Shown here: positions 8,628 through 16,618 of the stretch, piece by piece | Numbering within the stretch: position 1 is the first letter of the stretch | Layout: each line of letters opens with the position of its first letter | Origin: Sulfurimonas sp. | GTDB lineage: Bacteria; Campylobacterota; Campylobacteria; Campylobacterales; Sulfurimonadaceae | Assembly: GCA_015488615.1 (NCBI GenBank) | Contig: WFNM01000021.1 | Coordinates: forward strand, 58 to 64,057 | Direction: 5' to 3' | DNA: 64,000 nt | Position numbers and translations under genes: made by a program | The notes under the pieces: model-generated | Seen by the model: only the letters and a program-made list of their open reading frames with translations | Databases searched by the model: none | Told to the model about the DNA's origin: nothing

Positions 8628-10052
8628 TTATCTTTCGTGAACTGGATTTTTACCAGTTGTAAGTAAATCTTTTGCAAGTAAAAGAAATCCTAAAAATGTG
8701 ATAACACCCATGATAAGTCTCCAGTCCATAGCTTGTGTAAACCATACACCACTTTGCCCATCAAAGTATGCAGCCCATGTAGCTCCCATCTGTGCACGAG
8801 AGACGATAACTTGTACATATCCTGCGATAGTCAAGGCAACTGTCATTCCCATAACACCGCCTGTAATCATACTTACTGCCCAGATAGAAGTTTTTGTGTT
8901 CTTCATGACTTTTATGCCATTTTTTCCTTGAACAGCGAGGTACATCATACCAACAAGAATAGTCGCATAAGCACCAAAGAATGCTAAGTGACCGTGAGCT
9001 GAAGTAAATTGTGTACCATGGGTATAAAGGTTTATCTGTGGTAGTGTGTGGAAAAATCCCCAAACACCAGCACCTAAAAAGTTACCAAAAGCATTCAGTA
9101 CAAACCATATGAATGCAGGCTTGTTCGTAATAACTGAAGTCTCGTCACCATTAGCATTTTGTGCACCTTGAGTTTTACCCCAGTCATAAAGAACATGCAC
9201 GAACATTGCTACGAGTGGTAGCGGCTCTAGTGCTGAGAAAAGTGCTCCGATTTCCCACCAGTACTCAGGTGTACCGATCCAGAAATAGTGGTGACCCATA
9301 CCTAAGATACCAGAACCAAAGAGCATAGCAACTTCGATCCATAACCACATCTCAACAACTTTACGGTGTGCACCAATCATAGTAATCAAACCATAAGCAG
9401 CGATAGCACCAACGAAAACTTCCCAAGTTGCTTCAACCCAAAGGTGAATAACCCACCACCACCAGTACTGATCAACTGAGATGTTATCTGTAAAGAACAT
9501 ACCAGCAAGGTATAAACCGGCAAAGGCAATCATATCTGCCATTAAAACTGTAACGATACCTGTTTGCTTGCCTTTCATTCCTGTTAAGAAAAGATTTGCT
9601 ACAAATGTAAGTGCAACAACAACGATACCAATATCAGCCCAACGAGGTGCTTCAATGTACTCGCGACCTTCGGTGATAAACCAGATAGTTGTATCAGATG
9701 CAGGTCCAACTTGAATGAGAAGGAATACTAAAACAACTACAACGATAGCAGCTACAAAAACCCAGTAAGCTAATTTTCCCACTTTAATACCAATAGTCTC
9801 AATACCTGTCTCATCTGGAAGCAACCAGTAAACAGAACCAAACATGGCAAAAACCATCCATACAACAAGTGCATTGATGTGAAGTATTCTTGCAATTGAA
9901 AAATCAAGTATACCGTATAAGAAACCAGGCATTACATACTGTATAGCTGCAATAAGACCAAAAAGTAGTTGAGCACCAAACAAGATAGCTGCAAAAGTTA
10001 AATACCAAGTTGCTAACTGTTTTGACTCTGAAGTTAAATGATTATTTGCCAT
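8628..10052 (-). CDS. norB: Nitric oxide reductase large subunit (cNOR)
   Basis: RILHINA, GREYIE, WWVIHLWVEATWE, GMGHHYFWIG, SALEP, TSAHGHLAFFG. Confidence 0.95.
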   Translation of the reverse strand: MANNHLTSESKQLATWYLTFAAILFGAQLLFGLIAAIQYVMPGFLYGILDFSIARILHINALVVWMVFAMFGSVYWLLPDETGIETIGIKVGKLAYWVFVAAIVVVVLVFLLIQVGPASDTTIWFITEGREYIEAPRWADIGIVVVALTFVANLFLTGMKGKQTGIVTVLMADMIAFAGLYLAGMFFTDNISVDQYWWWWVIHLWVEATWEVFVGAIAAYGLITMIGAHRKVVEMWLWIEVAMLFGSGILGMGHHYFWIGTPEYWWEIGALFSALEPLPLVAMFVHVLYDWGKTQGAQNANGDETSVITNKPAFIWFVLNAFGNFLGAGVWGFFHTLPQINLYTHGTQFTSAHGHLAFFGAYATILVGMMYLAVQGKNGIKVMKNTKTSIWAVSMITGGVMGMTVALTIAGYVQVIVSRAQMGATWAAYFDGQSGVWFTQAMDWRLIMGVITFLGFLLLAKDLLTTGKNPVHER

Positions 10053-10740
10053 TGATTGCTCCTTTCATTTTTCCAAAGTTTCTTGGAAAACCATTTGTAT
10101 CTATAGAAGACATTTGCTTTAAAAATGCCACAATACCGATAGCCTCTTTTTTCGTGATACCAAGATTAGGCATTTGACGAGCATGTGTTGGATAAAGCTC
10201 TGGATGTTGCAAAAACTCTGCCATCGCTTCTTCTTTACTTAACTCTTTTCCAAGAGTTCCACCAATAATAGCTTGCATCGTACCATCTTCCCACATTGGA
10301 TCTAACCAAGATTTTGTTAAATCAGGTGCATAGTAAGCACCATTTCCAAGTAGTGTATGACAATCCATACAATTTTTTGCTTGTGAACCGAGTTTTCCAA
10401 GGTGTAGCATTGCTCTTGCCTCTTTTTCACTCCAGTCATCACGACCAAAAAATTTCTCTTTTTCTTGAAATAATGAATTGCCTTTTCCATCATTTCCACC
10501 GATAATAGGTACTTCAAGACCGCGTTTAGGACTTCTTTCATATGTTATCTTATAGTTGATAACTGTTGGCCCAGGAACTCTTTTAGTAACTTTATTTTGT
10601 ATATCTTTATCCGTTCCCATCGAAATTTGTGCCGATGTATCAAATGTTAGCCAAATAAGCAATATAGCTGCAAACCCTGTGACCCATGTTGCTGAACGTT
10701 GCCAGAAACGGTTGTCACTCCAAACAGATTTATTTGCCAT
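10042..10740 (-). CDS. norC: Nitric oxide reductase cytochrome c subunit
   Basis: One N-terminal TM, NCMDCHTLLGNGAYYAPDLTK, RQMPNL. Start MANKSVW at 10740 follows an AAGGAG RBS. Confidence 0.93.
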   Translation of the reverse strand: MANKSVWSDNRFWQRSATWVTGFAAILLIWLTFDTSAQISMGTDKDIQNKVTKRVPGPTVINYKITYERSPKRGLEVPIIGGNDGKGNSLFQEKEKFFGRDDWSEKEARAMLHLGKLGSQAKNCMDCHTLLGNGAYYAPDLTKSWLDPMWEDGTMQAIIGGTLGKELSKEEAMAEFLQHPELYPTHARQMPNLGITKKEAIGIVAFLKQMSSIDTNGFPRNFGKMKGAINGK

Positions 10741-11083
10741 CCTCTTCTCCTTGTGTATCATGTTCATTATTTTTGTGAACATTGTCTTCCATATAGTAAA
10801 CAGCAAAAGGAAGTAAAAAAAGTCCTATTGCTGCTACTACTAAAGCTTTTGCAGTAAAATCGCCTACATGCATCAAGCTCCCCATGACATAAAGACAGTA
10901 AGCTGTTAAAGTCCAGAAACCATAAGCTATAATAATAGCCCATGGTTTTAGATATTTTACCTTTACTGCCGTATATATACCAACATAAACCCCTCCAAAA
11001 ATTAATACTAAAGCAGATGAAATAAAGATAGGTAGAAAATCAGCTAATGCTATCTCAGGTCGAATCATTAATGGATCTATCAT
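10730..11083 (-). CDS. Three-TM membrane protein, NorH-like accessory subunit candidate
   Basis: Three hydrophobic helices (IFISSALVLIFGGVYVGIY; IIIAYGFWTLTAYCLYVMG; ALVVAAIGLFLLPFAVYYM); overlaps the norC start. Confidence 0.6.
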   Translation of the reverse strand: MIDPLMIRPEIALADFLPIFISSALVLIFGGVYVGIYTAVKVKYLKPWAIIIAYGFWTLTAYCLYVMGSLMHVGDFTAKALVVAAIGLFLLPFAVYYMEDNVHKNNEHDTQGEEDGK

Positions 11084-11120
11084 CTGTATGCCTTTAAAAT
11101 AATATTTTTGAACTCTTAGA

Positions 11121-11162
11121 ATTCTATTACCTTCTAAAAGTTAATAGATTGATATATATCAA
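11121..11162 (-). promoter_or_regulatory. Perfect FNR/DNR box (11149-11162) plus -10 TAGAAT (11126-11121) for the nor-nirS operon
   Basis: TTGAT-atat-ATCAA; 22-nt spacer. Confidence 0.85.
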
Positions 11163-11279
11163 TAATTCTAATAAAAGAGACATTTAGAAGCTTTATTTTT
11201 AAAATGATTATTTTATAGGCAAAATATTACAATATATGATTAATTAATATACACATTTGTTGCTTATTTAAGAAGTTTC

Positions 11280-11321
11280 TTGATATATGTCAATATGTCA
11301 GTGTAGAAATTCCTATAAAAT
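11280..11321 (+). promoter_or_regulatory. FNR/DNR-type box (11280-11293) plus -10 TAAAAT (11316-11321) for the gNOR-like operon
   Basis: TTGAT-atat-GTCAA; 22-nt spacer; AAGGAG RBS before the ATG at 11357. Confidence 0.8.
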
Positions 11322-11356
11322 ATTTTCTAGTTTACAAAATAAAAGGAGACAAACAA

Positions 11357-11974
11357 ATGATATTTACAAGTTCACTCGAATTATTATCGTTTCACTGGGT
11401 TGCTTATAGTATATACTCAGTAATGATACTTTCAGTTATTGCTTGGTTTGGGTATAACCTCACTAGAAAAAATAGAAAATCAGTTTTTCGTATACCATTT
11501 TACTGGTATATGGCATTCTTAGTGGCAGGTGGTGTAGGACATCATATATTTACATATAACACAATTCCATGGGTATCACAAGATATTGATAGGCACAATA
11601 TTACACCTGATGCAAAATATGAGTTTAAAATAAAAGGTCATAAATGGATAGGGTTACCAAAACAGGTTCTTATTCAATGTGGTGAGACAGTAGAGTTTGA
11701 TGTACATAGTGAAGATCTTGTTTATGGTTTTGGATTGTTTCGTCAAGATGGTTCATTGGTAATGCAGATGCAGGTTAATCCTGGCACCGATGTCAATGGA
11801 ATACTTGATTCTAATGAAATTCTTTGGACATTTAATCATAATGGTGTTTTTAACTTAACATCAACTGAATACTCTGGGCCATTACAATATACAGAAGATG
11901 GAAAAGACTTAATGCTTGTTAAAAACTTTGTAAATGTAGTAGGATGTAAAGACAATAATGGAGGAAAACAATGA
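11357..11974 (+). CDS. Heme-copper oxidase superfamily subunit II, cupredoxin fold lacking CuA ligands (gNOR-like subunit II)
   Basis: Two N-terminal TMs; VEFDVHSEDLVYGFG (cf. DVxHSF), QMQVNPG, STEYSGP (cf. CxExCGxxH). Confidence 0.82.
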   Translation: MIFTSSLELLSFHWVAYSIYSVMILSVIAWFGYNLTRKNRKSVFRIPFYWYMAFLVAGGVGHHIFTYNTIPWVSQDIDRHNITPDAKYEFKIKGHKWIGLPKQVLIQCGETVEFDVHSEDLVYGFGLFRQDGSLVMQMQVNPGTDVNGILDSNEILWTFNHNGVFNLTSTEYSGPLQYTEDGKDLMLVKNFVNVVGCKDNNGGKQ

Positions 11975-13659
11975 GTTTTGCTAAAAATTTAGTAAATGGT
12001 ACAAACTTTGACCATACGAGTTTAAATGCTCTGCAAAAAGTAACACTGCGTGCTGTTGTTATGGCATTTTTATTTTATGGTTTAGTGGCGATTGAGGGAA
12101 TGATTATGAGAATGGTAGAAGTGGGGCATGTTCCATTTAATCCACTTCCTGAACAATTTTTTCATCCTGAACACTTTTTTTCTATTATGACAGTACATCC
12201 TATTGTAGGTATTTTTGGTTCTACTTATCAGCTTGTTTTTGGTGCTTTTACATTTTTAGTACCATATCTTACAAAAAAACCGCTCTATAGTGTGAAGGTC
12301 GCTAATGGGAGTTGGCTGCTTATTACTATAGGTACAGCTCTTGCATGGATAGCTGCATTTGTGTGGAATTATGCACCGCTCTACACACTTTATTGGCCAC
12401 TTCCTGCAGATACACATCAGTTTAATGTTCTAGGTGGTATCGTATTTATTATTGGTATAGCACTTATTATGGTGGGTACTTTGCTTTTTATATATAATAT
12501 ATATGCAACAATTTTTGCTCGTGTTGGCGTACATAAAAATAAAACAACAAAAGAGTTACTTATCTCTGGTTTTGGTATTGATGGATTTTTAAACCTAATC
12601 AACAAGCTTCGTGGAAAAAAGCCTTACTCAAAAGAACCTGCTCTTGCACTTCCTGTTGTCGCTATTTTTCGTGGTACGGTAGATACTTTCTTAGATGCAC
12701 TTGTGATTTTAGTTGCAGGTATATTAATTTTAGTTTATCTTATCTTTGATGCAAGTGGACATGCACTTGATGTAACTGCAATAGATGCACTTTTGTATAA
12801 AAACTTCTTCTGGTGGGGGCTTGACCTAGTTGCTGATGGGCTTGTACTTATTTATGTTGCTGGTTCTTGGTACCTACTAGCTACTCTTATTACTGGGCAA
12901 AAGTTATTTATGGAAAATGTAGCTCGTGCTGCACTTATGCTTGAGCTTCTTGTCTCTTGGATGGTATGGTCTCACCACCTTCTTGGCGATCAAGGGCAAC
13001 CAGAAATGATGAAACTCATAAGTGGTGAGATGGTTACAGCATTTGAGTTACTTACTCAGGGTCTCGCACTTTTTATCACTCTTGTTACATTATGGAAAGC
13101 ACGTCCTTTAAAAATGACGATGGAGTTAAAGTACCTTCTTGGTGGTTTAGCAGGTTTTGGTCTTGCCGTTCCTGCAGCTATCATTCAAGCAGATATGGGT
13201 ATGAACCGTGTTTTGCATAATACTCAGTGGATTATCGGTGCTCATGTTCACATTGCACTTATCGTTGGGCTTTATATGACACTCTATAGTGCAGTATATG
13301 TACTTTGGCCACTTGTTACGAACAACACTAAGTTATATTCACATAAGCTTGCGAATCTTCATTTTTGGTTCCACCTTATAGGTGGTATTGGTATGGGTGC
13401 ATTTATGGGCATGGCAGGACTTGATGGTATGCTTCGTCGTCATCTTTATGTTCATGGAGAGTTTAACCCAGATATGATTTTTGCAGCTTTTTTTGGTAGT
13501 ATGTTAGTTATTGCTTGGGCCGCTTTCTTGTCTAACATTATTATGAGTGTTGGTCTTAAAGGGCTTATTGGTATCTTTTTACCATCAAAAGATAAGACAC
13601 AATCTTATGGGATTGAGGATAAGATAGAACCTGCAGACGATCCTGCATTTGCAAACTAA
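11971..13659 (+). CDS. Heme-copper oxidase superfamily subunit I, gNOR-like putative NO reductase
   Basis: H76 (MTVHP), YTLYWPL, helix VI DALLYKNFFWWGLDLVAD, WSHH (H335/H336), AHVH (H425/H427), GMLRR; ATGA coupling to subunit II. Confidence 0.85.
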   Translation: MSFAKNLVNGTNFDHTSLNALQKVTLRAVVMAFLFYGLVAIEGMIMRMVEVGHVPFNPLPEQFFHPEHFFSIMTVHPIVGIFGSTYQLVFGAFTFLVPYLTKKPLYSVKVANGSWLLITIGTALAWIAAFVWNYAPLYTLYWPLPADTHQFNVLGGIVFIIGIALIMVGTLLFIYNIYATIFARVGVHKNKTTKELLISGFGIDGFLNLINKLRGKKPYSKEPALALPVVAIFRGTVDTFLDALVILVAGILILVYLIFDASGHALDVTAIDALLYKNFFWWGLDLVADGLVLIYVAGSWYLLATLITGQKLFMENVARAALMLELLVSWMVWSHHLLGDQGQPEMMKLISGEMVTAFELLTQGLALFITLVTLWKARPLKMTMELKYLLGGLAGFGLAVPAAIIQADMGMNRVLHNTQWIIGAHVHIALIVGLYMTLYSAVYVLWPLVTNNTKLYSHKLANLHFWFHLIGGIGMGAFMGMAGLDGMLRRHLYVHGEFNPDMIFAAFFGSMLVIAWAAFLSNIIMSVGLKGLIGIFLPSKDKTQSYGIEDKIEPADDPAFAN

Positions 13660-13688
13660 AGTTGCAGGGATATTTATCCCTACAACTT
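13659..13688 (+). terminator. Stem-loop after gNOR-like subunit I
   Basis: AAGTTGcAGGGATA-TT-TATCCCTaCAACTT; weak U-tail. Confidence 0.5.
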
Positions 13689-13710
13689 CTAAAAGAACAA
13701 GGAAAGAGTA

Positions 13711-14316
13711 TTGATAAATGTACAAAGAGTTGCTCGAGAGATAAAAACGGTCGGACTTTATGATCTTGTTATGCAAGATATTCAAAGAGCTATGAATAAA
13801 AAGAAATTAAGTGAAGAGGAAATATGTAGGGCACTTCATGACAACCCACACTTACTTGAAGATTATATGCAGACTAATGTGGAATACAATCTTTCGAATA
13901 TTCATCTACGAGATATTGAAATAAGTGATTTAAAAAATGATTGCAAATCAAAAGCACAAGAGGTTAATGCAAACTTAGTAAAGCTTAAAGAGCTAGAAAA
14001 GTATACACTTGACTTTGAGCAGAGTGCTACTCTTGTTATCATCTTTTCAATCGAGTTTTTTGTTCTCTTTTCTGTACAGTATTTTATAGTGCTACTCAAC
14101 TTAAAAGAGTGGCAGTCACTAATATATGCTCTATTTGCTTCAACGGTGGCAATTGCTTACTGGTATGGCAAAAAAGAGAGCCGTCTTTATGCTAAAAATA
14201 AAAAGATATATGATGAACTTTATATGCAGACACTTAAACTTATAGAGGAGCTTGAAGAGAGCGGCTGTATACAAAAGAGTGCGTTGATGATAGAGGAGTG
14301 TGAGGAACATGTCTAA
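13711..14316 (+). CDS. Hypothetical protein with two TM helices
   Basis: TTG start with AAGGA RBS; helical soluble N-terminus, then two TMs. Confidence 0.7.
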   Translation: MINVQRVAREIKTVGLYDLVMQDIQRAMNKKKLSEEEICRALHDNPHLLEDYMQTNVEYNLSNIHLRDIEISDLKNDCKSKAQEVNANLVKLKELEKYTLDFEQSATLVIIFSIEFFVLFSVQYFIVLLNLKEWQSLIYALFASTVAIAYWYGKKESRLYAKNKKIYDELYMQTLKLIEELEESGCIQKSALMIEECEEHV

Positions 14317-14797
14317 GCCCATAAAGGTAAGTTTCGACTGGAACAAAGAACTCGCCCTTAAAACAAGTAAGCTCTACTATGACTACGATATGCGCCACTC
14401 AAATAAACGCTATATGGGATGGCTTTTTGTTGGGCTTGTTCAGTTTGGTATTGTTGGTGCATTGAAACATGATAGCTACGGAATACTTTTTGTTTCTACC
14501 TTTCTCGTTACATACTGGTACTATGGTAGATGGTATTTTAGAAGACGAATGTTACACCGTTTTTATGAGAAAAATACTCCAAAAAACCTAAAAGTAACTT
14601 TTACAATTGATGATGAAGGTCTCCATTCTGAAGAGGAATTGATTGGATGGGATGTTATTATCAAAGTGATAGAGCTTGAAGAGGGTATATTTATTCAAAA
14701 CAGTGACAATGCATACTATTTTGAAAACTCTGCGTTTATACCACGAAAAGCTAAAAGTGCTCTACTTACAATGGCAAAAGAGAAAGGAAAAATTTGA
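14309..14797 (+). CDS. YcxB-like membrane protein
   Basis: Two TMs followed by a beta-rich domain VTFTIDDEGL...IGWDVIIKV...AYYFENSAF. Confidence 0.6.
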   Translation: MSKPIKVSFDWNKELALKTSKLYYDYDMRHSNKRYMGWLFVGLVQFGIVGALKHDSYGILFVSTFLVTYWYYGRWYFRRRMLHRFYEKNTPKNLKVTFTIDDEGLHSEEELIGWDVIIKVIELEEGIFIQNSDNAYYFENSAFIPRKAKSALLTMAKEKGKI

Positions 14798-14889
14798 TAG
14801 ATTACTTTTATATAGGCTCAGTAAGTGTTTTTGTGGTTGTCTTACTCGTTATAGGGTTTGTTATGGATAAAGAAGATTTGAATGATTAA
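14794..14889 (+). CDS. Unannotated 31-aa single-TM small protein
   Basis: TTG start overlapping the upstream TGA (TTGA), AAGGA RBS: MIDYFYIGSVSVFVVVLLVIGFVMDKEDLND*. Confidence 0.6.
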   Translation: MIDYFYIGSVSVFVVVLLVIGFVMDKEDLND

Positions 14890-14965
14890 AAGTTAAACAT
14901 ACAATAGAAATTTTTTTAATCTTTACAGAGTATAATTTCATGACTTAAATATGGAGAGAAATTAT

Positions 14966-16537
14966 ATGCAAACGCCACTCGAGAGCTTTATAGACCACAA
15001 ATCAGACACAGGTATGCAGTGTGGTTCATACTCCATCGACATTCCAAAACTCAAAGAGGGCGAACAGTATCGTTTCCACTTTGATGCAGTTGCTTGTGTA
15101 GGGTGTCGCTGTTGTGAAGTGGCTTGTAATGAGCAGAACAATAACCCAGCAGATGTGAAATGGCGTAGAGTTGGAGAGATGGAGGGTGGAGAATTTCCTG
15201 CATTTACACAGCTGCTTAACTCTATGAGCTGTAACCACTGTATAGATCCAGAGTGCCTTAAAGGGTGTCCTACAAACTCCTATATCAAGATAGATGAAAC
15301 GGGGATTGTTGTACATGATGATGATGTCTGTATAGGCTGTCAGTACTGTACTTGGAACTGTCCTTATGGTGTGCCAGTTTTCCATGAAGAACGAAATATC
15401 GTAACTAAGTGTGATATGTGTCATGAGCGTCTTGATATTGGTCAATCTCCTGCATGTGTGCAGGCTTGTCCTGCAGGGGCTATCGAGATAGAAGTTGTGA
15501 ATGTACAAGAGTGGCTTGATGGGCAGATAGATGAGCAGGCAAATATGCCTTTTCTCCCTGATGCTCGTATTACAAACTCTACAACTCGCTATACACTTCC
15601 AGAAAATCTTCCCGATAATATGAAAGAGATGGATGAACATATACTCAAACCTGCGCATAAAGAGCTTCCTCTTGTCTTTATGACTGTTCTTACTCAAGTC
15701 TCTCTTGGTGGTTTTTTAGCACTTTTCTTAGGGGATGCGATGAGCCTTTTTGGTTTTGAGGCAACAAACTGGATTATGGCACTTTTGGTTATGCTTCCAT
15801 CAGCTGTAGGACTTCCTCTTTCAGCACTTCACTTAGGCCGACCATTTTTAGCAATGACTGCTATGAAGAACATAAAAACATCATGGTTAAGTCGTGAAGC
15901 TGCTGCTCTTGGTGCTTTTACAGGGCTTATGAGTATAGTTGTAGCGATGTACTTTTTTGAAGTAAATGTTATTGTCCGTTTACTAGTAGAAGGAGTTACT
16001 TTAGCCATTGGTATTTTTGGTATCTATGCACAAGCAATGATTTATCGTATTAGAGCCCGTCCATCATGGGACAGAGTGACTACAAACTTGAAGTTTTTTG
16101 GTGTAGCTTATGTGGGGATCTTTCTTCTTGCATTTTTAAGTTCACTTCTTAGTTTAAGCGATGCTGTTGTTCCTCTTATAGCTATGGGAATGTTAGGGGC
16201 ACTTGCACAGCTCTTCTTTACATATGAAGATATAAGAAGTCTAGATACTATTAAAGAAAATGAATATCAGCTACAGCGCACAAAAAGAATCCTTAATGAA
16301 AACTTTGCAAATATTAAAGTAGGACGATTAGTAACACTCATTGTTGCTGGAGTTTTTCTTCCATTACTTGCTTTAGTTTTTGCAGGAAGCGGCTCTTTTG
16401 GAATTACTTCAGTTGTTCTATTTTTTGTATTAGTTCTAAGTTTTGCAAGTGAAATCAGCGATAGATTTCTCTTTTATACAACTGTCGTTCCTCTTGGAAT
16501 GGCAGGTGGTTTCTTTGTAGGAAAACAACGTTCTTAA
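14966..16537 (+). CDS. Fused DmsB-like 4x[4Fe-4S] domain plus DmsC/NrfD-like 8-TM quinol-interacting anchor
   Basis: CVGCRCCEVAC, CNHCIDPECLKGCP, CIGCQYCTWNCP, KCDMC...PACVQACP; then HKELPLVFMTVLTQ, SALHLGRP, SWLSRE. The GGAG RBS favours the ATG at 14966. Confidence 0.88.
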   Translation: MQTPLESFIDHKSDTGMQCGSYSIDIPKLKEGEQYRFHFDAVACVGCRCCEVACNEQNNNPADVKWRRVGEMEGGEFPAFTQLLNSMSCNHCIDPECLKGCPTNSYIKIDETGIVVHDDDVCIGCQYCTWNCPYGVPVFHEERNIVTKCDMCHERLDIGQSPACVQACPAGAIEIEVVNVQEWLDGQIDEQANMPFLPDARITNSTTRYTLPENLPDNMKEMDEHILKPAHKELPLVFMTVLTQVSLGGFLALFLGDAMSLFGFEATNWIMALLVMLPSAVGLPLSALHLGRPFLAMTAMKNIKTSWLSREAAALGAFTGLMSIVVAMYFFEVNVIVRLLVEGVTLAIGIFGIYAQAMIYRIRARPSWDRVTTNLKFFGVAYVGIFLLAFLSSLLSLSDAVVPLIAMGMLGALAQLFFTYEDIRSLDTIKENEYQLQRTKRILNENFANIKVGRLVTLIVAGVFLPLLALVFAGSGSFGITSVVLFFVLVLSFASEISDRFLFYTTVVPLGMAGGFFVGKQRS

Positions 16538-16541
16538 TTCT

Positions 16542-16568
16542 AAAAATATCTTCTTGTGAGGTATTTTT
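16542..16568 (+). terminator. Stem-loop, possibly a bidirectional terminator
   Basis: AAAAATATCTT-cttgt-GAGGTATTTTT. Confidence 0.5.
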
Positions 16569-16618
16569 GGATTTTATGGTACACTATATAATATAAAATC
16601 ATATATCTAGGTTGTCCT

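Noticed and set aside
10741-10806. ORF-track N-terminal extension of norC
   Set aside because: It overlaps the upstream 3-TM gene, and a strong RBS precedes the ATG at 10740.
11357-13659. Annotation as an ordinary cytochrome c oxidase (aa3/ba3/cbb3)
   Set aside because: No helix-VI His, no cross-linking Tyr, no CuA ligands and no heme c motif.
15026-15697. 223-aa antisense ORF, and the other 60-140 aa antisense or alternate-frame ORFs in the track
   Set aside because: They lie within well-supported genes and show no recognisable motifs; treated as shadow ORFs.
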